From a virus (taxonomy: Duplodnaviria; Heunggongvirae; Uroviricota; Caudoviricetes; Herelleviridae), in IMG/VR virus record IMGVR_UViG_2974542590_000001, positions 27,054 through 91,053 of that record: DNA of 64,000 bases. The stretch is one strand, 5' to 3'. A model generated the notes under the pieces. It saw nothing but the letters and a program-made list of their open reading frames with translations, was not told where the DNA came from and made no database searches. A program made the translations under genes and the position numbers. Below, one piece after another: positions 36,989 to 47,123 of the stretch (its first letter is position 1; each line of letters opens with the position of its first letter).

Positions 36989-39900
36989 TTATGTGTTAGA
37001 CACCATAGTATGACTAACATCCCCGGAAGCTACGAACGCCCAACCAATCGTGTTGGTTTCCTTGGAGTTCATCGCAAACACGGAAATAGGTTCCATAGTA
37101 ATACGTTTTTCCGCCTTCAACATCTTAACTTCGGTTACCTGACCATTAAGTGTGAAAATACGTTCCATTTCTCCATTAACCCTTGCGTAACCTGAAAACT
37201 CTTGCGGAGTAATCATTGTATAACCATCTGTCTGATTATTCTTAACAGTAATACCGTTAATATCAATCTTAACGTTCGTATTATAGATTTCACTTGGGTA
37301 CGGTTGCCATTTCAACGCAATGTTACCAATGTTGTACATAACCCCTGATATGATTACAGTTGCTTGTGCCCCATTTGTAACAAACAACTCAACGATAGTA
37401 TTTGGGGATTCCGGTTCAAATACAAGTTTATACAAGTGATAGTCACTTGGAATGCCTTGTGTAGCATCTGTTACTCCTACTGTGTATTTCAACACACCTT
37501 CTTCATAAATACGTGCCCCACATTGTAAACCTGTAGTGTCTCCAAAGGTAGCTACGTTCATATAGAAAGACAAAGCATATTGCAATCCTTGTTTTGCTTC
37601 TGGTAGTTCGATTGCTTGGCTTAGTGTAGCATTTTGCACTCGATTTATCATAAATCCAGAACCAAAACCTAGTTTAGCTAATTGGTCATTCTGAGTAGTA
37701 TCTATACCAGAAGAAGCTTGCCAGAAATCAGTCCCAGAGAATCCTAGAGAGTTCTTCAACATATTAACCCCACCGGCTTGTTGAACAGAGAAAGTAAAGC
37801 TATCTTTCAACTGTTCTAACTCCGTATTAGTTACATATGGTGAGAAGTCAATTCCTGCAATACCTTCTTTTAGTAACCGTTCATACTCAGCTTGCATAGC
37901 ATCTAAGTCATCGTAAGAAGCAAGGTTGTTCAAGTCTTCTGTGTTAGCCTTCTTATCAAAGATACCTGTAAAGTCCTCAGAACCTAATACAGTATTAATG
38001 ATTGCATCAGAAGAAATCTTTTGTTCTGCTTGTGCCACCCAGTCAGCAAGGCTAGAACCGTCTTCACCCCAAGGCAAGTCTTTTACTTCTTCTGGGGTTA
38101 GAGCAACCCATCCAGTTTCTCCTCCTACCCAACGTTTTGGTTGGTTTGGAGTCTTAGAAGAATCCACCCAGACTAAACCAATAGCCGGATTTGTTGGTGC
38201 TGTTGGTGAGTAAACCCAAGCACCTTCTTTACCGTTTATAGCCGTTTCGATGTCTTCTGGGGCTTTCATCCACGTTTGTGGTTTGTTACCCTCTACTAGC
38301 ATTGGAGAAGACATATAGAAAGCAGAGTTAGGTTCTTCCCCACCAGTCTTACGACCAATAATTACTGACTTAGGCTTGTCTGCTTGTGTCTGTGTCCAAG
38401 TTACCCAGTATTTAGTCCATTCTGTACTTAAAACGAATACAGTACGTCCATCACCAGAGGTAACCCTACCTCCTTGACTGTTTACACTATTTACCGTAGT
38501 GTTTGGGTTGTAGAAGTAGCAAGACATTTTTGTTTTGTCTATATCTGCTTTTGCATAGAACGATAACGTATACTGAGTACCTGTTGGAATAATTGAGGTA
38601 GTCAGTTGATACATGTCTGAGTATCCTGTACCTGCAGTAAAGTCATTTTTCATTACTGCATTTCCAAACAGTTTTTCATCTGTAATTGTAATATGCGTAT
38701 TCCCCGGGTATCTACCTTTGGAAAAGTCCTGTGTCCCGATTAAAAGGTTACGAGTACCGACAGCTATGTTATCCGCTGTGTTTTGTGCGTTATCAGCTAA
38801 ATCTTTAGCTTTAGATGCAATAGCATTTAATAAATCAGTACGAGCAGAGTAGTATGTCTTAAACGTATCCCTCATCGTCTGTCCAACAATCGCAGAATTT
38901 GTTGTTAAATTTGCCAGTATTGGAGTTAGATAGGTGTTCAGTGCATTATATGCAGTACCATAGGTGGTTTTACTTACACCAAATTTATCTGCCTGAGCAT
39001 CGTTCTTTGGCTTTTCAGCAACAATAATTTCCCATTCTTTTTTCAAGTCTAATTTCTCATTCGGAGTAACTAGATTATCATTGGACAAGTCCGCAATTGA
39101 TTGGTTAGCCTTAGTAGCATCTGCTTGAGCTTTGTTTGCACTGTTTTGTGCATTTGTAGCATCCGTTTGAGCTTGGTTAGCTGAACTTTGTGCGTTATTT
39201 GCACTATTCTGTGCATTGTTAGCATCTGTTTGGGCTTTATCTGCTAGTTCCTTAGCTTTTACACTAATTGAGTTTAGTAGATTCGTTCTTGCAGTGTAGT
39301 ATGCTCTGAACGTATCTCTCATAGTCTGACCTACAATAGCAGAATTAGTTGTTAAATCAGTCAAGATAGGTGTAATGTAGTTACTTAAAGCTGTGTACTT
39401 CGTACCGTAGTCCGTTTTACTTACACCAAATTTATCTGCTTGAGCATCATTCTTAGATTTCTCGGCAACAATGATTTCCCACTCTTTTTTCAAATCTAGT
39501 TTCTCATTAGGAGTAACTAGATTATCATTAGATAGGTCTGTAATAGCCTGATTTGCTTTAGTAGCATCTTGTTGAGCTTTACTTGCATCTTGTTGAGCTT
39601 TAGTAGCATCAGCTTGTGCCTTCTCAGCCTTTGCTTTAACTTGTTCTACCCCAGACTGCGCTGTATCGGCTAGGTCTTTCGCTTTTGTAGCAACAGCATT
39701 TAAAAGGTCTGTACGAGCTGTGTAATATGCTTTAAACGTATCCCGCATAGTTTGCCCAACAATCGCAGAGTTTGTTGTTGTGCTTGCTAAGATAGGTTTT
39801 AGATACGTATCTAAAGCTGTATAGGCAGTACCATAAGCTACTTTGCTTACCCCGAATTTATCAGCTTGAGTGTCGTTAATAGGTTTTTCAGCAACAATAA

Positions 39901-42900
39901 TTTCCCACTCTTTTTTCAAATCTAGTTTCTCGTTAGGAGTAACTAGATTATCATTAGATAGGTCAGCAATTGACTGGTTAGCTTTATTAGCATCTTGTTG
40001 GGCTTTGTCCACGTTTTCTTGTGTTTCTCTAACGTCATCGTTTAACTTGTACGTATCTGTATAATCACGTAGACGTAAACCATTTAGCCAAGATTTTTCA
40101 CCTGTTGTATCACGGTTCAACAAGAATCCAAGTTGAATAAAACCTGTTTCTACTGGGATAATCGTTGTATTAGCAAACTCAGAAGAGCCACTAATCAAAT
40201 GGCTGTACTTGGTGTACGTAGTAGGTACTTGTATATTTACGTGACCATTCAAATACAAATATGTGGAGCCGTCAGAAGTTGGGCTAAGTGTATGCCCTAC
40301 TGGGAAAATCCCATCTGAACTATTTGGGTTTGCAACTGCCCATGGCTTGTTTAACGTAATCTTGTTAGCTGTGGTGTCAACTGCACCAATATCATATGTC
40401 CTCATCTGTATTAGCTGACTATACGTTCCATCGGGATAAGTATAGCCGAACGAGTTTTTATAACCCCACATGATAATACTACGTTGGTAGTCTTGCGGTG
40501 CCTGTCCGTTCCATAGACTAACATCTTCTACAAAAACCTCTGTATCCCCGACTTTAAGCGGTTTTACCAGTTTTGTAAATTTAACAGGGGTAGTAGAGTT
40601 GTAGTTTCGTCCCCCGAGAGAAGGGTAAGTAATACGAACACCGTCTACGTCATAAGGACAAATCATTGCATAACTTCGACCTACACCTTTTAATGTGTGC
40701 ATGTAATAGTCAAAGTTATAGACTTTTTTATTATCAATAACAATAGGTTCACTAAGTAGCAGTGATTTATTTGCTTCTTCTTGACGGAAGGAACCTTTAC
40801 CTACAATTCTATCAGCACCATCAAAGATACCACCAATGTTCGTATTGTTCCCTAGTTCACCAAAACCATTTGTAATTAGGTTATCAGAACGAGCACCAAT
40901 ATAATCTTTAATGTCATCAGCAACATTATTGATGTCTTCTTGAATGTCAATGTCTGATTTCTTCCAAGGGGTAGAGCGAATACCAACTTCTAATTGCATA
41001 TTTCCAAAATGAACTTCGGTTATGCTACTACCATCAACTCGAACTAAAATACCTCTGGTTGCATCTGTTACCTGTCTTTGAGCTACTACACGAGTTACTC
41101 CTTGACTTGCGCTAACTCTGTCACTATATGAAGCTTTCCATGAACCATTTTCAAGTGTAAAAATCGTTAGATACGCAGTACCTGTTCCTACAACTTTTAA
41201 ATTCGCAGAAGCAGTCAACCATTGACCTGTTTTAACTTCTTTCATTCGATAGTTAGCAAGCCCAACATCAGCTACACTAGCATTGGCATTACCAACGTCA
41301 TACTGAACGCTTGTAACTGTTGCTGTTTTCGGTTTTAAACAAACCATGTCACCTACAAATTCCGTGCTTGTTGTAGAAGGTACATAGTAGTAACCAACGT
41401 TCTTAATCATTAAACGAGGGTACATATGGTCTCCGGAAGAGAACCCAATATAGTTGTATCCACCGATGTTGTTTAAGTCATCGTCTACTTTGTCTGCTGT
41501 GTTCTTAGCTTGGTCAGCTACTTGTTTAGCTAGTTCAGCTACACGGTTAAGCAATGTTGTTCTACGGTCGTAGTACGTATTAAACGTACTGCGCATAGTA
41601 GAGCCAATAATTACAGAAGTTTTTGTTATATCTGCTAATAATGGGTCTAAATAGGATTTTAGAGCATTATACGCTGTGGTGTATTGTGTAGTGGAAACGT
41701 TAAATTTATTTGCTTGGTCTAAATTAATTGGATATTCCGTTTTAATTTCTTCCCATTGAAGTAAAATTTGTTGTTTCTCATTTGCTGTTAACATATTATC
41801 GTTAGACATATCAGCAATCACACTATTTGCGTTTTCTGCTTCGTTCTTAGCGTTTTCTGCTTCTTGTTGTGCTTGTTTAGCTTGTTCCTCTACCTGTTTA
41901 ATGTACTCTTCTAAAGCAGTCTGGTCACCTTTAATATCATCCCATGACGGGCTATAATCAGTTGGCTTCGTACCTACTTCAAATTTCATTTTAACAGTAT
42001 CAGATTTCTTATAGCTTAAACGAGCATATACTGCGTTTTCTGGTGCAACATAAGTTTTATGGAAATCACCAGAATCAGCTACAGCTTGACCAGAGATAAA
42101 CGTTTTGCTTGTGTCATACCATGCAATGATAATACTGTTTGTCCCTGTGTTTCTATATAAAGAAGCTACATAAGGCATTTTTGCTGTTACCTTGATATAG
42201 TTAGATACTACAGATTTATCTACGGCTGTTCCTACAGTACCATTATTTTCATTCAATAGTCCTGCTGTTTGAGTTTTGATTACAAACAAGTTAGAACCAC
42301 CAATAGACATGTTATCAATTGCATTATCAATAACATCTTTTACTTCACTAGCAGTTACTTTCTGACTAATTAGGTCTGCTTGTACTTTCAATTGCGCTGT
42401 GTTTGTTTTAACATCATTTTCAACAGTTTCCACTCGGGAAGCCATTAACGTGATAGCTTCGGATGTTTGTGTGATTTTTGTTTCTGCTACAGTAATACGG
42501 TTACCATAATCAGTCAGTTCATCACGAGCAATATCTGTAATACTTTTCAATAAGGTAATCTTCACAGCATAGTAATCAGAGAATACTGTCCGTAGTTGCT
42601 CCCCGTTAATAACACTTGTTTCATTCATGTTCGCAAACAAAGGAGTAACAAATGTTTCTAGCGCCTTGTACTTAGCTGTATAGTTATCAGTATTTACTTT
42701 ATACTTTGTTGCTTGGGCAATTGTTGTAGGGTACTCCTTAACAATAACGTCCCACTCTTTTTTCAACTGGTACTTTTCAGAAGCAGTCAGCTTACCGTCA
42801 CTAGCAATATCTGCAATCAACTGTTTTGCATTGTTTGCATCAATTTGTGCCTGTGCAGAGTCTGCTAAAGCTTGTGTCGCATCTACAGAAGCCTGAGAAG

Positions 42901-44455
42901 CTTTCTTCATCGCTTCTTCTAGACCATCTTTCAATCCTTTAGTAATTGCGTTAAGTAAGCTGATTCGTTCTGTGTAGTATGCGCTAAATGTTTTACGCAT
43001 AATAGAGCCGTCTACTACACTAGTAGCTTCCATGTCTTCCAATAAAGGAGTAACAAATGTTTCTAAAGCTTTGTACTTAGCAGTATATGTCGTGCTGTCT
43101 ACTTCGTATAATTCAGCTTGTGCTAAATAAGTTGGGTATTCATTTTTAACAATGTCCCACTCTTTTAGTAAGTCTAGCTTCTCACTAGGAGTCAAACGGT
43201 TATCACTAGCCATATCAGAAATAATTTGATTTGCTCTATCTGCATCTTCTTTGGCTTGTTTAATAGCCTCTTCCATGTCTACGATAGAACTGTCAATCAT
43301 GTCTTGTACTTCTGTTGCACTTACTTTAGACTCTACTTTACCGGCTACAATTGTAATTTCTGTTTCTAGATTTACAATTTTACCGTCTTGTAATTCTGAT
43401 TTATCAGCTAAAATTTGCAAGGACTCATTTGTCTTATTAATTTCAAAAGTAACATTAGCTAACTTTTCATAAATATCATCAAGATTGATACTTTCTGTAA
43501 TTAGTTTACCTTGGGAATAGATACCGTCTTCACGAACTTCTAAGTCCATATCCCCATTACGTAGGTAAACGATACCTTCTTCATTAATACCTAGCTCACC
43601 AATCTCAAAACCATCGTTTAAGCGTACAGTATCTCCCTGTCTACGTAAACGTATTTTACCTTCTGGTGTCATTTCAAACATTGTCCGCCAGTCTTGTTCC
43701 GTATCCATCATAGATGTACGGTATGTTCCATCTGGGTTAATGTGAATCATGAAGTTATGTGTATCAGGTTTATTATCATCGTCAAGAATACCTTGGTGTT
43801 TGAATAACACATTAGGTGCTCGACCTTTCATCGGCTCAATTAGTTCCCCGTCATTGTAATAAGATGTTCCTAGGTCTTCATAACGAGAACCGTAGCTAGC
43901 ATCAGTCATTGGAGAGTTTCGCATGTCTTTTGTATCGAATGCAATAAATGATTTACCCGAGAACGTAACTATTCGGTTACCATCTCCATCAATGCTATCG
44001 TAAGTCAATGATGGATACAAACTAAATTTTTGGTACATTTCCCCTGCTAAGGTCATGTCTGTAGGGTCTGCATTAGCAAAACGTGTACGAGATAACTGTT
44101 TATTTACATCGTTGTTATTGTATACACTAATAACAATCGGCATATCTTTATCAGAATTAATAAAACCTACTAGGACAACAGTACCAACGGCAATGGGGTT
44201 TACCTGACCATATGGTTGTCCTGCAAGGTTTCGTCCACCAAACTCCATTGGTAAACGAGCAGAGAATCTACCTTCATTGGCATATGAGTTTTGAAAAACT
44301 TCTTTATGCTGTAATGCTAATAAATCAACTGTATTATATTTATAATTAACTTGGATAACTTGGGCTAGCAACAAAGTATTAATTTGTTGTCCTTCTTTGT
44401 ATAATCTTTTATGTTCGGAACCTAACCCTGCCTGAAATCTACGTCCTCCTGCCAA
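36989..44455 (-). CDS. Giant tail spike/fibre protein with helical repeats and carbohydrate-binding-like domains
   Basis: OB-fold-like spike N-terminus, six S(N)D..LT..EK..W repeats, several G.NL-initiated beta domains; likely TTG start at 44455. Confidence 0.8.
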   Translation of the reverse strand: MAGGRRFQAGLGSEHKRLYKEGQQINTLLLAQVIQVNYKYNTVDLLALQHKEVFQNSYANEGRFSARLPMEFGGRNLAGQPYGQVNPIAVGTVVLVGFINSDKDMPIVISVYNNNDVNKQLSRTRFANADPTDMTLAGEMYQKFSLYPSLTYDSIDGDGNRIVTFSGKSFIAFDTKDMRNSPMTDASYGSRYEDLGTSYYNDGELIEPMKGRAPNVLFKHQGILDDDNKPDTHNFMIHINPDGTYRTSMMDTEQDWRTMFEMTPEGKIRLRRQGDTVRLNDGFEIGELGINEEGIVYLRNGDMDLEVREDGIYSQGKLITESINLDDIYEKLANVTFEINKTNESLQILADKSELQDGKIVNLETEITIVAGKVESKVSATEVQDMIDSSIVDMEEAIKQAKEDADRANQIISDMASDNRLTPSEKLDLLKEWDIVKNEYPTYLAQAELYEVDSTTYTAKYKALETFVTPLLEDMEATSVVDGSIMRKTFSAYYTERISLLNAITKGLKDGLEEAMKKASQASVDATQALADSAQAQIDANNAKQLIADIASDGKLTASEKYQLKKEWDVIVKEYPTTIAQATKYKVNTDNYTAKYKALETFVTPLFANMNETSVINGEQLRTVFSDYYAVKITLLKSITDIARDELTDYGNRITVAETKITQTSEAITLMASRVETVENDVKTNTAQLKVQADLISQKVTASEVKDVIDNAIDNMSIGGSNLFVIKTQTAGLLNENNGTVGTAVDKSVVSNYIKVTAKMPYVASLYRNTGTNSIIIAWYDTSKTFISGQAVADSGDFHKTYVAPENAVYARLSYKKSDTVKMKFEVGTKPTDYSPSWDDIKGDQTALEEYIKQVEEQAKQAQQEAENAKNEAENANSVIADMSNDNMLTANEKQQILLQWEEIKTEYPINLDQANKFNVSTTQYTTAYNALKSYLDPLLADITKTSVIIGSTMRSTFNTYYDRRTTLLNRVAELAKQVADQAKNTADKVDDDLNNIGGYNYIGFSSGDHMYPRLMIKNVGYYYVPSTTSTEFVGDMVCLKPKTATVTSVQYDVGNANASVADVGLANYRMKEVKTGQWLTASANLKVVGTGTAYLTIFTLENGSWKASYSDRVSASQGVTRVVAQRQVTDATRGILVRVDGSSITEVHFGNMQLEVGIRSTPWKKSDIDIQEDINNVADDIKDYIGARSDNLITNGFGELGNNTNIGGIFDGADRIVGKGSFRQEEANKSLLLSEPIVIDNKKVYNFDYYMHTLKGVGRSYAMICPYDVDGVRITYPSLGGRNYNSTTPVKFTKLVKPLKVGDTEVFVEDVSLWNGQAPQDYQRSIIMWGYKNSFGYTYPDGTYSQLIQMRTYDIGAVDTTANKITLNKPWAVANPNSSDGIFPVGHTLSPTSDGSTYLYLNGHVNIQVPTTYTKYSHLISGSSEFANTTIIPVETGFIQLGFLLNRDTTGEKSWLNGLRLRDYTDTYKLNDDVRETQENVDKAQQDANKANQSIADLSNDNLVTPNEKLDLKKEWEIIVAEKPINDTQADKFGVSKVAYGTAYTALDTYLKPILASTTTNSAIVGQTMRDTFKAYYTARTDLLNAVATKAKDLADTAQSGVEQVKAKAEKAQADATKAQQDASKAQQDATKANQAITDLSNDNLVTPNEKLDLKKEWEIIVAEKSKNDAQADKFGVSKTDYGTKYTALSNYITPILTDLTTNSAIVGQTMRDTFRAYYTARTNLLNSISVKAKELADKAQTDANNAQNSANNAQSSANQAQTDATNAQNSANKAQADATKANQSIADLSNDNLVTPNEKLDLKKEWEIIVAEKPKNDAQADKFGVSKTTYGTAYNALNTYLTPILANLTTNSAIVGQTMRDTFKTYYSARTDLLNAIASKAKDLADNAQNTADNIAVGTRNLLIGTQDFSKGRYPGNTHITITDEKLFGNAVMKNDFTAGTGYSDMYQLTTSIIPTGTQYTLSFYAKADIDKTKMSCYFYNPNTTVNSVNSQGGRVTSGDGRTVFVLSTEWTKYWVTWTQTQADKPKSVIIGRKTGGEEPNSAFYMSSPMLVEGNKPQTWMKAPEDIETAINGKEGAWVYSPTAPTNPAIGLVWVDSSKTPNQPKRWVGGETGWVALTPEEVKDLPWGEDGSSLADWVAQAEQKISSDAIINTVLGSEDFTGIFDKKANTEDLNNLASYDDLDAMQAEYERLLKEGIAGIDFSPYVTNTELEQLKDSFTFSVQQAGGVNMLKNSLGFSGTDFWQASSGIDTTQNDQLAKLGFGSGFMINRVQNATLSQAIELPEAKQGLQYALSFYMNVATFGDTTGLQCGARIYEEGVLKYTVGVTDATQGIPSDYHLYKLVFEPESPNTIVELFVTNGAQATVIISGVMYNIGNIALKWQPYPSEIYNTNVKIDINGITVKNNQTDGYTMITPQEFSGYARVNGEMERIFTLNGQVTEVKMLKAEKRITMEPISVFAMNSKETNTIGWAFVASGDVSHTMVSNT

Positions 44456-44530
44456 GTTGATACCATCCTTTCTCTTGTATGTGTCTCTACTTAATATTAT
44501 AGCACACATACTAGTTTTGTTTTTTACAGT

Positions 44531-44556
44531 AAAAAAACCTCGCTATTAACGAGGTT
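44531..44556 (-). terminator. Intrinsic terminator
   Basis: AACCTCGT-TAATA-GCGAGGTT then T run. Confidence 0.8.
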
Positions 44557-47074
44557 AGTTGTATCTTTTTACGTCTCCATCGAATGCGTCCCACCAGTAT
44601 CCACTTGTCATGTCTGACACAATGATACCTGCTGTAGGACTTTCATTCATATTACCTGAACCATTACATGCAACCATTTTCCCTTCACCGCAGTAAATTC
44701 CCATATGCTCGCAATTGAGGAACCAGATAATATCTCCTGCTTTCATCTTATCAAAGATAGCAGAGTTCTTTTGCCCACGAGTGGCTATTGTTTCAAGTTT
44801 CGTATCCGCAATAATACTCCATGTGGTCATCCCAGTTGCTCCACCATTCAATTCTACACCTGCATGTTTGAAACACCACCATACAAATGAAGAACAGTCA
44901 GTGGCAATAGGAGAGCTTTCAAATGGGTCTCTACCTGTACGTCCGCCTCCCCAGTCATATGCAGACCTAAAGGAAGATTCTGTTTTAGAGTGAGAACGTC
45001 CCCAGTTTACAGCTTTCATAGCTACTGTACCTCCCGGAATATTCGATGGGTTTGTGCTACCACTTGAACCACCACTAGAACCAGAACTACTATTGTTCTC
45101 ATTATTTTTCTTATCTTGCTCTTCTAGTAAAGCTTCTAAAGTCTTTTCACCTAACATACCTCCTGAGAAGTCTTCTGACTTGCCCCAAAGATGGGTGAAA
45201 CGGTCTTTACCACCATTTTTAAGACCACGAGTAACTCCTAAAGTTGTCGTGTAACCTTGTGTGTAGGAGAAAGTTTGCTCTACGGATTCAATGTAATATT
45301 CCCACAATTCGTTATTCTGTTCGTCTACTACGAATAGTCTTCCACCTAAACGATAGTCTGGGCTACCCTTAACTACAATATCTCCACTATAGAAGTTAGG
45401 ATTTTCGCAGTACCAGTTAGCCAACCGTTTTGTAAACTCTTTTACGTATTTTGTATCAGAACCAGAAACTGTTGTACTATCACTTGGGTTATTTTTAATG
45501 ATTTCGTCGTATCTAGTTTTACGTAAACTTTTTTGACCTACAAATTCACTAGCAATAGATGTAGCTTGGTTATCTGTTAAGTTGAACTTGTTCATAAGCT
45601 CATTCTTAATAGTAGTAGTTTCTTTATTATCCGCTTCATCCTTGTAATCTTCTAAGAATTTTACAATTTTTTTATAGGTAGGTTTTTCTTTGCCGTTACC
45701 TTTGCTAGCATTCTTTTCGTTGATACCAGTTATATCCGTGAACTGCTCTTTTGTCAAGCTCTGTGTCATGATGTACTGGTCAATTATTTTGTCTGCCATT
45801 GTTCCTGTGATACGTCTGTCTACTTGAAGTATTTTAGCTCGAACATTACCACGTTTCACTCTTAAGATGTCTAGTGGGTAACCACGTAAATAATTCATTA
45901 CTGTACCATAAGTCGTATCAAACGCACTAGATTCATTCGTATCTTTGTCTCTAGTTGCACGTCTTTCCGTTGCAGTATCTTCGTTAGTTTCTGTATTCCC
46001 ATCTGTAGTTGTATCAGCACTATCTGCATCGTCACCACTATCTACAATTGCACCTTGTAAATATTTGTTATCAACTTCCAGCTTTTTATAGCCATACTTG
46101 TTAACTAAAGCAGGAAATACCTGTGGTTTAGAACCAAGCATCATAGAGTCTGTACCATAAAGATTATTTATAGAAATGTTAAAGATAGAATAGGCTTCTG
46201 TATCATTTGTTGCTACTGACTCAGAAATAACTTCTTTAGATGTTACAGTATACGTAGTTAAATTTTCCCAATCTTCTTTGTCAAAAGGGGTTCTACGCAT
46301 AATCATTCGACATTTATTTCCCGGTGTAGCATCAAAGAACAGTTCATTGAATGGTTTAGCTGTAATGTCATCTAATAATTGTTTTAAAGAACCCTCATAG
46401 TTAATATATGGGGTATTATCTATCAACCGCTCTGCTTCTGTCCAACTGTCTAATTCCCATTCTAAAAAGCGCTCTAAGCCTTCTCCGTTAAAGTCAAATT
46501 TCATATACTGTAAGAAACGGTTCATCATTCCTTCTGCTAACTGACTGGCACTTCTACCTGTCATCTTAACCCCCTCTTGGGCATCGTCAGGTAACCAACC
46601 AATATCAGTTAATACAACACTTACTTCTTGGATAACACCTAAGTCAAACTGCATTAAAGCCTTAGCAAAGGATTGACCTGTGATACGATACATCTTAGAG
46701 TTCTCCCCATAGTCTCCTTCAAGTCGTACTTCTGAAATTAACCCGACTAGTAAGACTGGGTTAACAGGTAGGTCACTGGTTATATCAGGATAAAGTCGTA
46801 GTACAACTGCATCGTTAGCTTTTAAAATTCTGTCCCAGTATACATCTCCGGCTAGAACAAAAGAAAAGACCGCACTATCGTCTTCCATTGCATTTTTTGT
46901 TGTTAAACTGATAACGGATTCTATCATAAAGTTATTAGAAACTTCTGAATCATTATCTTTGTTCACTACAGAAGTATTAGATTCTCCAGTTTGTGCATCA
47001 TACGTAATATGGTATTCGTCTTTTTCTGTATAAAACGCTAGGTTAAATCTAGGATAACGTAATTCTACCGCCAT
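44555..47074 (-). CDS. Baseplate hub / tail lysin with NlpC/P60 peptidase
   Basis: YDWGG...DCSSFVWWCF...GDIIWF...HMGIY. Confidence 0.88.
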   Translation of the reverse strand: MAVELRYPRFNLAFYTEKDEYHITYDAQTGESNTSVVNKDNDSEVSNNFMIESVISLTTKNAMEDDSAVFSFVLAGDVYWDRILKANDAVVLRLYPDITSDLPVNPVLLVGLISEVRLEGDYGENSKMYRITGQSFAKALMQFDLGVIQEVSVVLTDIGWLPDDAQEGVKMTGRSASQLAEGMMNRFLQYMKFDFNGEGLERFLEWELDSWTEAERLIDNTPYINYEGSLKQLLDDITAKPFNELFFDATPGNKCRMIMRRTPFDKEDWENLTTYTVTSKEVISESVATNDTEAYSIFNISINNLYGTDSMMLGSKPQVFPALVNKYGYKKLEVDNKYLQGAIVDSGDDADSADTTTDGNTETNEDTATERRATRDKDTNESSAFDTTYGTVMNYLRGYPLDILRVKRGNVRAKILQVDRRITGTMADKIIDQYIMTQSLTKEQFTDITGINEKNASKGNGKEKPTYKKIVKFLEDYKDEADNKETTTIKNELMNKFNLTDNQATSIASEFVGQKSLRKTRYDEIIKNNPSDSTTVSGSDTKYVKEFTKRLANWYCENPNFYSGDIVVKGSPDYRLGGRLFVVDEQNNELWEYYIESVEQTFSYTQGYTTTLGVTRGLKNGGKDRFTHLWGKSEDFSGGMLGEKTLEALLEEQDKKNNENNSSSGSSGGSSGSTNPSNIPGGTVAMKAVNWGRSHSKTESSFRSAYDWGGGRTGRDPFESSPIATDCSSFVWWCFKHAGVELNGGATGMTTWSIIADTKLETIATRGQKNSAIFDKMKAGDIIWFLNCEHMGIYCGEGKMVACNGSGNMNESPTAGIIVSDMTSGYWWDAFDGDVKRYN

Positions 47075-47123
47075 AGTTTACCTCCTTCAATAAATAAAGG
47101 GGGAACGAGTCCCCCTAGTTTTC

